Source of the DNA: Eledone cirrhosa
Lineage: Eukaryota
Direction of reading: 5' to 3'
Assembly (NCBI GenBank): GCA_964016885.1
Contig: OZ024746.1
Span: 49,352,001 to 49,416,000 of the forward strand
DNA: 64,000 nucleotides
Position numbers and translations under genes: made by a program. Numbering within the stretch: position 1 is the stretch's first letter; each line of letters opens with the position of its first letter. Below the pieces are notes generated by a model. It had not been told where the DNA came from and did no database searches. It saw nothing but the letters and a program-made list of their open reading frames with translations. This document shows, piece by piece, positions 37,086 through 52,700 of the stretch.

Positions 37086-37561
37086 AAAATATGGATTGAG
37101 GAAGGCGAGGCTGTGTGGTTACTGATAATGAGTGTTAGATTGTAAGGCGATACACACACACACAAATATATATATATATATATATATATTCATAAGGATA
37201 TATATGTATATATATTTAGACATAGTCACAGATACATATATGAGTGTGACTACCTTCCACGGTGTGGCTCAATGAGAAAATTAATTAAGCAAATAATTAT
37301 TAATCAGAGCTATATAAAATTATAGACAGTCAGACAAAAAAATTATAGACATCGAACAGTCAGACAAAATATATCCAATTTTTCTTCTCCTTAACTAGAT
37401 AAATAATAACTTAAACGGAGCTAAGTTTAAAATGTAACTTCGAAGAAATAGCAGATAAATGTCACAGACTATCACTTGTGAGATAAAATTTACCCAGTCT
37501 TTCTTCTTAGCCAGTAGAAATTAACTAGACAAATAATCAATTAAACGGAGCTAAGTCTAAT

Positions 37562-37605
37562 ATGCCATTAAAATATAAATATGATGACTGAAATGCCATT
37601 AAAAT
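37562..37605 (-). repeat. Inverted copy of the 40-bp satellite monomer outside the array
   Basis: ATGCCATTAAAATATAAATATGATGACTGAAATGCCATTAAAAT is the reverse complement of array sequence with a short internal deletion. Confidence 0.9.
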
Positions 37606-37656
37606 TTAATGCAAGTTTGAAGAAAAAATGTATATAAACTTTACAGAAATGTTTCT

Positions 37657-37748
37657 AATCCCGACTATCGATAGTTAGTTTCGCTCGTACTTTGTGGATA
37701 TGTCCAATCCTGGTATAATCCATGAGGTTTCGAGCTTCTCAAGGGACT
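37657..37748 (-). ncRNA. Type I hammerhead ribozyme, U3-A8 core variant, extended stem II
   Basis: Minus strand: AGTCCC [I] TTGAGAA GCTCG [II] 43 nt CGAGC [II'] GAAA CTA [III] ACTATCGA TAG [III'] TC^ GGGATT [I']. Predicted cleavage between 37663 and 37662. Confidence 0.8.
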
Positions 37749-37780
37749 CCCTCAGTATGACAAAAATTTCTACAGTGATC

Positions 37781-40700
37781 GCCATTTCTGTCAAACATCT
37801 CATTATATTTATATTTCAATGGCATTTATGTCAAAGATCTCATCATATTTATATTTTAATTGCATTTATGTCAAGAATGTCATCATATTTATATTCTTAT
37901 GGCATTTCTGTCAAAATATCTCATCATATTTATATTTTAATGGCATTTATGTCAAACGTCATGATATTTATATTTTAATGGCAGTTATGTCAAAAATGTC
38001 ATCGTATTTATATTTTAATGGCATTTCTGTCAAAAATCTCATCATATTTATATTTTAATAGAATTTCAGTTAAAAGTCTCATCATATTTATATTTTAATG
38101 GCATTTTTGTCAAAAATCTCATCGTATTTATATTTTAATGGCGTATCGCTTAAAAATCTAATCATATTCATATTTAAATGGCATTTCTGTCAAAAATCTC
38201 ATCATATTTATATTTTAATGGTTTGCCTCTCAAAAATATTATCATATTTATATTTTAATGGTATTTCTGTCAACAATCTCATCATATTTATATTTTAATG
38301 ATATTTTTGTAAGAAAATTTCTTCCTATTTATATTTTAATGACATTTCTGTCAGAAATATCATCATATTTATATTTTAATGGCGTTTCTGCCAAGAATAG
38401 CATCATATCCATATTCTTATGGCATTTCTGTCAAAATATCACATCATATTTATATTTTAATGGTATTTATGTCAAAAATGACAACATATATGTTAATGGC
38501 AATCATGTCAAAATCTCATGATGTTTATATTTTAATGGCATTTCAGTCAGAAATCTTAATTGTATTTCTGTGAAAGTTCTCATCATATTTATATTTTAAT
38601 GGCATTTCTGCAAAAATGTCATCATATTTATATTTTAATGGCATTTTTGCAGAAATAAATTATCACTGTATTTATATTTTCATGGCATTTTTTTTCAAAA
38701 GATTTCACCATATAAAATATTTTAATGGTATTTCTGTAAAGCATATCATCGTATTTATATTTTAATGGCAATTCTTTCAAAAATATCATCATCTTTATAT
38801 TTTATTAGGTTTTCTGTCAAAAACCTCATCATATTTATATTTAATGGTATTTCTGTCAAACATGTCATTATAGTTATATTTTATTGGCAATTCTGTCAAA
38901 AATCTCAACATGTTTATATTTTAATTATATTTCAGTCAGAAATCTCACCATATTTATATTTTAATAGTATTTCTGTCAAATTTCCAGCATATTTATATTT
39001 TAATGGGATTTATGTCAAAATCTCATAATATTTATATTTTTATAGCATTTCTGTCAAATCTTCATTATATTTATATTTTAATGACAGTTCTGTCACAAAT
39101 CTCATCAGTATATTTTAATGGCATTTCTGTCAACCATATCATCATATAAAATATTTTAATGGCATTTCTGTAAAAAAATATAATCATATCTTATGTTTTA
39201 ATGGCATATATGTCAAAAATATCATCATATTTATATTTTAATGGTATTTCTGTCAAAAATGTTCATCATATTTATATTTTAATGGCAATTATTTCAAAAA
39301 TATTATCATCTTTATATTTTATTACGTTTTCTGTCAAAAATATCATCATATTTATATTTTATTAGGTTTTCGATCAAAAATTTCATCATATTCATATTTT
39401 AAATGCATTTCTGTCAAAGATTTCATTATATTTATATTTTTATGGCATTTCTGTCAAAATATCTCATCATATTTATATTTTAATGGCATTTATGTCAAAA
39501 ATGTCAACATATATATATGTTAATGATAGTTATGTCAAAAATCTCATGATGTTTATACTTTAATGGCATTTCAGTCAGAAATCTCATCATATTCAAAGTT
39601 CTCATAATATTTATATTTTAATGACATTTCTGCAAAAATGTCATCGTATTTATATTTTAATGGCATTTTTTTGGAAGATTTCACCATATAAAATATTTTA
39701 ATGGCATTTCTGTAAAACATATCATCATATTTATGTTTTAATGGCATCTCTGTCAAAAATATCAACATGTTTATATCTTAATGGCATTTCTATCGAAAAT
39801 CTCATAGTATTTATATTTTAATAGCATGTCTCTTTAAATTCTTATCATATTTATATTTAAATGGCATTTCTTTCAAAAATCTCTTCATATTTATATTTTA
39901 ATGATATTTTTGTAAAAGAATTTCTTCCTATATATATTTTAATGACATTTCTGTCAGAAATCTCATCATATTTCCATTTTAATGACATTTCTGTCAAAAA
40001 TCTCATCATATTTATATTTTAATGGTATTTCTGTCAAAAATGTCAACATATATACATGTTAATGGTAATTATGTTAAAAATCTCATGATGTTTATATTTT
40101 AATTGCATTTCAGCAAGAAATCTCATCATATTTATATTTTAATGGTATTTCAGTCAAATTTCTCTTCATATTTATATTTTAATTGCATTTTTGCAAAAAT
40201 ATCATCGTATTTATATTTTAATGGCATTTTTTTTCAAGAGACTTCAACATATAAAATATTTTAATGGCATTTCTGTAAAACATATCATCATATTTATATT
40301 TTAATGGCATTTATGTCAAAAATCTCATCATATTTATATTTTAATAGCAATTCTTTCGAAAATATCATCATCTTTATATTTTATTAGGTTTTCGTTCAAA
40401 AGCCTCATCATATTTATATTTTAATGGTATTTCTGTCAAAAATCTCATCATATTTTTATTTTAATAGAATTTCACTTAAAAGTCTCATCATATTTATATT
40501 TTAATGGCATTTCTGTCAAGAATAGCATCATATTCATATTCTTATGGCATTTCTGTCAAAATATCACATCATATTTATATTTTAATGGTATTTATGTCAA
40601 AAATGACAACATATATGTTAATGGCAATTATGTCGAAATCTCATGATGTTTATATTTTAATGGCATTTCAGTCAGAAATCTCATCATATTTATATTTTAA

Positions 40701-43700
40701 TTGTATTTCTGTGAAAGTTCTCATCATATTTATATTTTAATGGCATTTCTGCAAAAATGTCATCATATTTATATTTTAATGGCATTTTTGCAGAAATAAA
40801 TTATCACTGTATTTATATTTTTATGGCATTTTTTTCAAAAGATTTCACCATATAAAATATTTTAATGGTATTTCTGTAAAGCATATCATCGTATTTATAT
40901 TTTAATGGCAATTCTTTCAAAAATATTATCATCTTTATATTTTATTTGGTTTTCTGTCAAAAACCTCATCATATTTATATTTAATTGTATTTCTGTCAAA
41001 CATGTCATTATAGTTATATTTTATTGGCAATTCTGTCAAAAATCTCTTCATGTTTATATTTTAATTATATTTCAGTCAGAAATCTCACCATATTTATATT
41101 TTAATAGTATTCTGTCAAATTTCCAGCATATTTATATTTTAATGGGATTTATGTCAAAATCTCATATTTTTTATATTTTTATAGCATTTCTGTCAAATCC
41201 TCATCATATTTATATTTTAATGACAGTTTTGTCACAAATCTCATCAGTATATTTTAATGGCATTTCTGTCAACCATATCATCATATAAAATATTTTAATG
41301 GCATTTCTGTAAAAAATATAATCATATCTTATGTTTTAATGGCATATATGTCAAAAATATCATCATATTTCTATTTTAATGGTATTTCTGTCAAAAATGT
41401 TCATCATATTTATATTTTAATGGCAACTATTTCAAAAATATTATCATCTTTATATTTTATTAAGTTTTCTGTCAAAAACCTCATCATATTTATATCTTAA
41501 TGGTATTTCTGTCAAAAATATAATCATATTTTTATTTTAATAGAATTTCTGTTAATAGTCTCATCATATTTATATTTTATTAGATTTTCGATCAAAAATT
41601 TCATCATATTCATATTTTAAATGCATTTCTGTCAAATATTTCATTATATTTATATTTCAGTGGCATTTCTCTCATGAATATCATCATATTTATATTCGTA
41701 TGGCATTTCTGTCAAAATATCTCATCATATTTATATTTTAATGGCATTTATGTCAAAAATGTCACCATATATATATGTTAATGGCAGTTATGTAAAAAAT
41801 CTCCTGATGTTTATATTTTAATGGCATTTCTGTCAGAAATCTCATCATATTCAAAGTTCTCATAATATTTATATTTTAATGGCATTTTTGCAAAAATATC
41901 ATCGTATTTATATTTTAATGGCATTTTTTTTTAAAGATTTCACCATATAAATATTTTAATGGCATTTCTGTAAAACATATCATCATATTTATGTTTTAAT
42001 GGCATCTCTGTCAAAAATATCAACATGTTTATATCTTAATGGCAGTTCTATCAAAAATCTCATCGTATTTATATTTTAATAGCATGTCTCTTTAAATTCT
42101 TATCATATTTATATTTAAATGGCATTTCTTTCAAAAATCTCTTCATATTTATATTTTAATGATATTTTTGTAAAAGAATTTCTTCCTATATATATTTTAA
42201 TGACATTTCTGTCAGAAATCTCATCATATTTCTATTTTAATGACATTTCTGTCAAAAATCTCATCATATTTATATTTTAATGGTATTTCTGTCAAAAATC
42301 TCAACATATATATATGTTAATGGTAATTATGTTAAAAATCTCATGATGTTTATAATTTAATTGCATTTCAGCAAGAAATCTCATCATATTTATATTTTAA
42401 TGGTATTTCTGTCAAAGTTCTCTTCATATTTATATTTTAATTGCATTTTTGCAAAAATATCATCTTATTTATACTTTAATGGCATTTTTTTTTGAAGAGA
42501 TTTCAACATATAAAATATTTTAATGGCATTTCTGTAAAACATATCATTATATTTATATTTTAATGGCATTTATGTCAAAAATCTCATCATATTTATATTT
42601 TAATAGCAATTCTTTCGAAAATATCATCATCCTTATATTTTATTAGGTTTTCGTTCAAAAGCCTCACCATATTTATATTTTAATGGTATTTCTGTCAAAA
42701 TCTCATCATATTTATATTTTAATAGCTATTCTTTCGAAAATATCATCATCTTTATATTTGATTAGGTTTTCGTTCAAAAGCCTCATCATATTTATATTTT
42801 AATGGTATTTCTGTCAAAAATCTCATCATATTTATATTTTAATGGTTTTCCTGTCAAAAATATTATCATATTTATATTTTAATGGCATTTCTGTCAACAA
42901 TCTCATCATATTTATATTTTTATGACATTTCTCTCAAAAATCTCATCATATTTATATTTTAAAGGCATTTCTGTAAAGAATATCATCATATTCATATTCT
43001 TATGTCATTTCTGTCAAAATATCTTCACATATTTATATTTTACTGGTATTTATGTCAAAAATGTCACCATATATATATGTTAATGGCAATTATGTCAAAA
43101 ATCTCCTAATGTTTATATTTTAATGGCATTTCAGTCAGAAATCTCTTTATATTCAAAGTTCTCATAATATTTATAATTTAATCCCATTTCTGCAAAAATA
43201 TCATCGTATTTATATTTTAATGGCATTATTTTTTCAAAAGATTTCACCATATGAAATATTTTAATGGCAATTCTTCCAAAAATATCATCATCTTTATATT
43301 TTATTAGGTTTTTTGTCAAAAATGTCATTATATTTATATTTTAGTGGCAATTCTGTCAGAAATCTCATCATGTTTATATTTTAATGATATTTCAGTCAGA
43401 AATCCCACCATATTTATATTTTCATAGTATTTATGTCAAAGTTCTGATCATATTTATATTTTAATTGCATTTTTGCAAAAATATCATCTTATTTATACTT
43501 TAATGGCATTTTTTTTTGAAGAGATTTCAACATATAAAATATTTTAATGGCATTTCTGTAAAACATATCATTATATTTATATTTTAATGGCATTTATGTC
43601 AAAAATCTCATCATATTTATATTTTAATAGCAATTCTTTCGAAAATATCATCATCCTTATATTTTATTAGGTTTTCGTTCAAAAGCCTCACCATATTTAT

Positions 43701-46700
43701 ATTTTAATGGTATTTCTGTCAAAATCTCATCATATTTATATTTTAATAGCTATTCTTTCGAAAATATCATCATCTTTATATTTGATTAGGTTTTCGTTCA
43801 AAAGCCTCATCATATTTATATTTTAATGGTATTTCTGTCAAAAATCTCATCATATTTATATTTTAATGGTTTTCCTGTCAAAAATATTATCATATTTATA
43901 TTTTAATGGCATTTCTGTCAACAATCTCATCATATTTATATTTTTATGACATTTCTCTCAAAAATCTCATCATATTTATATTTTAAAGGCATTTCTGTAA
44001 AGAATATCATCATATTCATATTCTTATGTCATTTCTGTCAAAATATCTTCACATATTTATATTTTACTGGTATTTATGTCAAAAATGTCACCATATATAT
44101 ATGTTAATGGCAATTATGTCAAAAATCTCCTAATGTTTATATTTTAATGGCATTTCAGTCAGAAATCTCTTTATATTCAAAGTTCTCATAATATTTATAA
44201 TTTAATCCCATTTCTGCAAAAATATCATCGTATTTATATTTTAATGGCATTATTTTTTCAAAAGATTTCACCATATGAAATATTTTAATGGCAATTCTTC
44301 CAAAAATATCATCATCTTTATATTTTATTAGGTTTTTTGTCAAAAATGTCATTATATTTATATTTTAGTGGCAATTCTGTCAGAAATCTCATCATGTTTA
44401 TATTTTAATGATATTTCAGTCAGAAATCCCACCATATTTATATTTTCATAGTATTTATGTCAAAGTTCTGATCATATTTATATTTTAATGGGATTTATGT
44501 CAAACATGTTATCATATTTATATTTTAATGGCATTTCTGTAAACAATCTCATCATATTTATATTTTAATGGTATTTTTGTGAACAATCTCATCGTATTTA
44601 TATTTTAATGGAATGTCTCTCAAAATCTCATCGTATTTATATTTTAAAGGCATTTCTGTCAAAAATCTCATCATATTTATATTTTAATGGTTTTCCTGTC
44701 ATAAATATTATCATACTTATATTTTAATGGTATTTCTGTCAAAAATCTCATCATATTTATATTTTAATGGTTTTCCTGTTAAAAATATTATCATATTTCT
44801 ACTTTAATGGCATTTATGTCAACAATCTCATCATATTTATATTTTTATGACATTTCTCTCAAAAATCTCATCATATTTATATTTTAAAGGCATTTCTGTA
44901 AAGAATATCATCATATTCATATTCTTATTTCATTTCTGTCAAAATTTCTCATCATATTTATATTTTACTGGTATTTATGTCAAAAATGTCACCATATATA
45001 TATGTTAATGGCAATTATGTCAAAAATCTCCTAATGTTTATATTTTAATGGCATTTCAGTCAGAAATATCATCATATTTATATTTTAATGGTATTTGTGT
45101 GAACAATCTCATCGTATTTATATTTTAATGGAATGTCTCTCAAAATCTCATCGTATTTATATTTTAAAGGCATTTCTGTCAAAAATCTCATCATATTTAT
45201 ATTTTAATGGTTTTCCTGTCAGAAATATTATCATACTTATATTTTAATGGCATTTCTGCAAGAATATCATCATATTCATATTCTTATAGCATTTCTGTCA
45301 AAATATCTCATCATATTTATATTTTAATGGCATTTATATCAAAAACGTCAGCATATAAATATGTTAATGGCAATTATGTCAAAGATCTCATGAGGTTTAT
45401 ATTTTAATTGCATTTCAGCCAGAAATCTCATCATATTTATATTTTAATGGTATTTCTGTAAAACATATCATCATATTTATATTTTAAAAGTCTCTTCATA
45501 TTTATATTTTAAAGGCATTTCTGTGAAAAATCTCACCGTATTTTTATTTTAATGGTATTTCTGCCAAAATGTCATCTTAATGGAATTTCTCGAAAAGATT
45601 TCATCATATAAAATATCATCGTATTTATATTTTTCATGGCATGTTTTTTCAAAAGATATCAATATATAAAATATTTTAAAGGCATTTCAGTCAGAAATCT
45701 TATCATTTTTACATTTTAATAGTATTTCTGTCAAACTTCTCGTCATATTTATATCTTAATGGCATTTTTTTTAAAAAAGATTTCAACATATAAGATATTT
45801 TAATGGCATTTCTGTAAAACATATCATCATATTTATATTTTAATAGAATTTCAGTCAGAAATCTTATCATTTTTACATTTTAATAGTATTTCTGTCAAAC
45901 TTCTCGTCATATTTATATTTTAATGGAATTTCTGCAAAAATGTCATCGTATTTTCTTCAAACGATTTCACCATATAAAATATTTTAATGGCATTTCTGTA
46001 AAACATATTATTATATTTATATTTTAATGGCATGTCTGTCAAAAATATCATCATATTTATATTTTAATGGTATTTATGTCAAAAAATCTCAGCATATTTA
46101 TATTTTAATGGCAATTCTTTCAAAAATATCATCATCTTTATATTTAAATGGCATTTCTGTCAAAAATCTCATCATATTTATTTTTTAATGATTTTCTTGT
46201 CAAAAATATCATATTTATATTTTAATGACATTTTTGTAAGAAAATATCTTACTATATTTTCTTATATTTTAATGCCATTTATGTCAAAAATGTCAACATA
46301 TATATATGTTAATGGCAATTATGTCAAAATGTCATGATGTTTATATTTTAAAGGCATTTCAGTCAGAAATCTCATCATATTTATATTTTAATTGTATTTC
46401 TGTCAAAGTTCTCATCATATTTATATTTTATTGTCATTTTTGCAAAAATGTCATCGTATTTATATTTTAATTGCAGTTTTCAAAAGATTTCATCTCATAA
46501 ATTATCACTGTATTTATATTTTAATGGAATTTTCTTTTTAAGATTTCACCGTATAAAATATTTTAATGGTATTTCTGTAAAACATATAATGATATTTATG
46601 TTTCAATGGCATCTCTTTTCAAAAATATTATCATATTTACATTTTAATGGCATTTATGTCAACAATCTCATCATATTCATATTTTAATGCCAATTCTGTC

Positions 46701-49700
46701 AAAAATATCATATTTATATTTTATTAAATTTTCTGTCAAAAATATCATCATATTTATATTTTATTAAGTTTTCTGTCAAAAATATCATCATATTTATATT
46801 TTAATGACATTCCTTTCAAAAGTCTCATCATATTTATATTTTAATGACATTTCTGTCAAAAATCTGACCATATTTATATTTTTGTGGCATTTCTGTCAAA
46901 AATGACAACATATACATATATAAATGTCAATTATGTCAAGAATCTCATGATGTTTATATTTTGATGGCATTTCAGTCACAAATCTCATCATATTTATATT
47001 TTAAGGGTATTTCTCTCAAAGTTCTCATCTCATCTATATTTTAATGGCATTTTTTTCAAAAGATTTCATCATATAAAATATCATCGTATTTATATTTTAA
47101 TGGCATGTTTTTCAAAATATTGCCCCATGTAAAATATTTAATGGCATTTCTGTAAAATATATCATCATATTTATGTTTTAATGGCATCTATGTCAAAAAT
47201 ATCATTATATTTATATTTGAATGGAATTTCTGCAAAAATGTCATCGTATTTATATTTTAATGGTATTTTTTTCCAAAGATTTCATTATATATATATCATC
47301 GTACTTATATTTTAAAGGCATTTAAAAAAAAAATATTTCACCATTTCAAATATTTTAATTGCAATTCTGTAAAACATCATCATATTTATATTTTAATGGC
47401 ATTTCTGTCAAAAATATCATCATATTTATATTTTAATGATTTTCTTGTCAAAAATGTCATAATATTTTTAATGCCATTTTTGTAAGAAAATATCTCACTA
47501 TTTATATTTTAATGATATAAATCTCATCATATTTATATTTTAGTGACATTGCTGTCAAAAGTCTCGTCATATTTATATTTTAATGGCATTTCTGTCAAGA
47601 ATATCATCATATTCATATTTTTATGGCATTTCCCTCAAAATAACTCATCATATTTATATTTTAATGGCATTTATGTCAAAAATGTCAACATATATATATA
47701 TGTTAATTGCAATTATGTCAAAAATCTCATGATGTTTATATTTTAATGACATTTCTGTCAAAAATCTCATCATATATATATTTTAATGCCAATTCTTTCG
47801 AAAATATCATTATCTTTATATTTTATTAGGTTTTCGGTCATAAACCTCATCATATTTATATTTCAATGTTATTTCTGTCAAAAATCGAACATATTTATAT
47901 TTTAATAGAATTTCTGTTAATAGTCTCATCATATTTATATTTTAATGGCATTTCAGTCAGAAATCTCATCATATTTATATTTTAATTGTATTTCTGTCAA
48001 AATTCTCATCATATTTATATTTTAATGGCATATCTGCAAAAATGTCATCGTATTTATATTTTAATGGCATTTTTCCAAATTATTTCATCATATAAAATAT
48101 CGTATTTATATTTTAATGGCATTTTTTTCGAAAGATTTCACCATATAAAATATTTTAAGTGCATTTCTGTAAAACATATCATCATATTTATGTCATTATG
48201 CCATCTCTTTCAAAAATATCTCATCATATTTATATTTTAATTGCTTTTGTGTCAAAAATCTCATCTTATTTATAATGGCAATTCTTTCAAAAATATCATC
48301 ATATTTATATTTTAATGGCATTTCTGTCAATAATATCATCATATTTATATTTTATTAAGTTTTCTGTCAAAAATATCATCATATATATATGTTAATGGCA
48401 TTCCTGTCAGATATCTCATCATATTTATATTTGAATGGCATTTCTGTCAATAATATCATCATATTCATATTCTTATGGCATTTCTGTCAAATTATCTCAT
48501 CATATTTATATGTTAATGGCATTTATGTCAAAAATGTCAACATATATATATATGTTAATTGCAATTATGTCAATAATCTCATGATGTTTATATTTTAATG
48601 GCATTTCGGTCAGAAATCTCATCATATTTATATTTTCAAAGCATTTCTGAGAAAAAATCTCATCGTATTTATATTTTAATTGTATTTCTGTCAAAATCTC
48701 ATCGTATTTATATTTTAATGGCATTTCTTTAAAAGATTTGATCATATAAAATATCATCGTATTTATATTTTAATGGTATTTTTTCCCAAAAGATTTCACC
48801 ATATAAAATATTTTAATGGCATTTCTGTAAAACATATCATCATATTCATATTTTAATGGCATTTCTGTTAACAATCTCATCATATTTATAATGTTATGGC
48901 ATTTCTGTACAAATATCTCATCATATTTATATTCTAATGGCATTTATGTCAAAAATGTCAAGATATATATATGTTAATGGCAATTATGTCAAAAATCTCA
49001 TGATATTTATATTTGAATGGCATTTCAGTCAGAAATCTCATCATATTTATATTTTAATTGTATTTCTGTCAAAGTTCTCGTCATATTTATATTTGAATGG
49101 CATTTCTGCGAAAATGTCACCGTATTTATATTTTAATGGCATTTTTTTTTATATCTCATCATTTCAAATATTTTAATGGCATTTCTGTAAAACATCATAT
49201 TTATATTTTAATGGCATTTCTGTCAAGAATATCATCATATTCATATTTTTATGGCATTTCTCTCAAAATAACTCATCATATTTATATTTTAATGGCATTT
49301 ATGTCAAAAATGTCAACATATATATATATTTTAATTGCAATTATGTCAAAAATCTCATGATGTTTATATTTTAATGACATTTCTGTCAAAAATCTCATCA
49401 TATATATATTTTAATGCCAATTCTTTCGAAAATATCATTATCTTTGTATTTTATTAGGTTTTCGGTCATAAACCTCATCATATTTATATTTCAATGTTAT
49501 TTCTGTCCAAAATCGAACATATTTATATTTTAATAGAATTTCTGTTAATAGTCTCATCATATTTATATTTTAATGGCATTTCAGTCAGAAATCTCATCAT
49601 ATTTATATTTTAATTGTATTTCTGTCAAAATTCTCATCATATTTATATTTTAATGGCATTTCCGTCAAAAATCTCATCTCATCGTATTTATATTTTAATG

Positions 49701-52700
49701 ATTTTCTTGTCAAAAATTTCATAATTTTAATGACATTTTTGTAAGAAAATATTTTCCTATTTATATTTTAATGACATAAATCTCATCATATTTATATTTT
49801 AATGACATTTTTGTCAAAAATCTCATCATATTTATATTTGAATGGCATTTCTGTCAATAATATCATCATATTCATATTCTTATGGCATTTCTGTCAAATT
49901 ATCTCATCATATTTATATGTTAATGGCATTTATGTAAAAAATGTCAACATATATATATATGTTAATTGCAATTATGTCAATAATCTCATGATGTTTATAT
50001 TTTAATGGCATTTCGGTCAGAAATCTCATCATATTTATATTTTCAAAGCATTTCTGAGAAAAAATCTCATCGTATTTATATTTTAATTGTATTTCTGTCA
50101 AAATCTCATCGTATTTATATTTTAATGGCATTTCTTTAAAAGATTTGATCATATAAAATATCATCGTATTTATATTTTAATGGCATTTTTTCCCAAAAGA
50201 TTTCACCATATAAAATATTTTAATGGCATTTCTGTAAAACATATCATCATATTCATATTTTAATGGCATTTCTGTCAACAATCTCATCATATTTATAATG
50301 TTATGGCATTTCTGTACAAATATCTCATCATATTTATATTCTAATGGCATTTATGTCAAAAATGTCAAGATATATATATGTTAATGGCAATTATGTCAAA
50401 AATCTCATGATATTTATATTTGAATGGCATTTCAGTCAGAAATCTCATCATATTTATATTTTAATTGTATTTCTGTCAAAGTTCTCGTCATATTTATATT
50501 TGAATGGCATTTCTGCAAAAATGTCACCGTTTTTATATTTTAATGGCATTTTTTTTTATATCTCATCATTTCAAATATTTTAATGGCATTTCTGTAAAAC
50601 ATCATATTTATATTTTAATGGTATTTCTGTCAAGAATATCATCATATTTATATTTTTATGGCATTTCTCTCAAAATAACTCATCATATTTATATTTCAAT
50701 GGCATTTATGTCAAAAATGTCAACATATATATATATTTTAATTGCAATTATGTCAAAAATCTCATGATGTTTATATTTTAATGACATTTCTGTCAAACAT
50801 CTCAGCATATATATATTTTAATGCCAATTCTTTCGAAAATATCATTATCTTTATATTTTATTAGGTTTTCGGTCATAAACCTCATCATATTTATATTTCA
50901 ATGTTATTTCTGTCAAAAATCGAACATATTTATATTTTAATAGAATTTCTGTTAATAGTCTCATCATATTTATATTTTAATGGCATTTCAGTCAGAAATC
51001 TCATCATATTTATATTTTAATTGTATTTCTGTCAAAATTCTCATCATATTTATATTTTAATGGCATTTCTGTCAAAAATCTCATCTCATCGTATTTATAT
51101 TTTAATGATTTTCTTGTCAAAAATTTCATATTTTTAATGACATTTTTGTAAGAAAATATTTTCCTATTTATATTTTAATGACATAAATCTCATCATATTT
51201 ATATTTTAATGACATTTTTGTCAAGAATATCATCATATTCATATTCTTATGGCATTTCTGTCAAAATATATCATCATATTTATATTTTAATGGCATTTAT
51301 GTCAGAAATGTCAACATATATATATATGTTAATGGCAATTATGTCAAAAATGTCAACATATATATATATGTTGATGGCAATTATGACAATAATCTCATGA
51401 TGTTTATATTTTAATGGCATTTCAGTCAGAAATCTCATCATATTTATATTTTATTAGGTTTTCGGTCAAAAACCTCATCATATTTATATTTCAATGGTAT
51501 TTCTGTCAAAAATCTAATCATATTTATATTTTAATAGAATTTCTGTTAATAGTCTCATCATATTTATATTTTAATGGCATTTCAGTCAGAAATCTCCTCA
51601 TATTTATATTTTAATTGTATTTCAGTCAAAATTCTCATCATATTTATATTTTAATGGCATATCTGCAAGAATGTCTTCGTATTTATATTATAATGGCATT
51701 TTTTTTCAAAAGATTTCACCATATAAAATATTTTAAGTGCATTTCTGTAAAACATATCATCATATTTATGTTTTAATGCCATCTCTGTCAAAAATATTAT
51801 CATATTTATATTTTAATGGCTTTTGTGTCAAAATTCTTATCATATTTATATTTTAATGGCAATTCTTTCAAAAATATCATCATATTTAGATTTTATTAAA
51901 TTTTGTGTCCAAAGTATCATCATATTTTTATTTTATTAAGTTTTCTGTCAAAAATATCATCATATTTATATTTTAATGGCATTCCTGTCAATAATATCAT
52001 CATATTCATATTCTTATGGCATTTCTGTCAAATTATCTCAACATATTTATATTTTAATGGCATTTATGTCAAAAATGTCAACATATATATATATGTTAAT
52101 GGCAATTATGTCATTAATCTCATGATGTTTATATTTTAATTGCATTTCAGTCAGAAATCTCATCATATTTATATTTTAAAGGCATTTCTGTGAAAAATCT
52201 CATCGTATTTATATATTAATGGTATTTCTGCCAAAATGTCATCGTATTTATTTTTTAATGGCATTTCTTTAAAAGATTTCATCATATAAAATATCATCGT
52301 ATTTATATTTTAATGGCATTTTTTAAAATAAGATTTCACAATATAAAATATTTTAATGGCACTTCTGTAAAACATATCATCATATTCATATTTTAATTGC
52401 ATTTCTGTCAAAAATATCATCATATTTATATTTTAATGGTTTTCCCGGCATTCAATGGCATTTCTCTCAACAATCTCATCATATTTATATTGTTATGGCA
52501 TTTCTGTACAAATATCTCATCATATTTATATTCTAATGGCAATTATGTCAAAAATCTCATGATGTTTATATTTGAATGGCATTTCAGTCAGAAATCTCAT
52601 CATATTTATATTTTAATTGTATTTCTGTCAAAGTTCTCCTCATATTTATATTTGAATGGCATTTCTGCAAAAATGTCATCGTATTTATATTTTAATGGTA

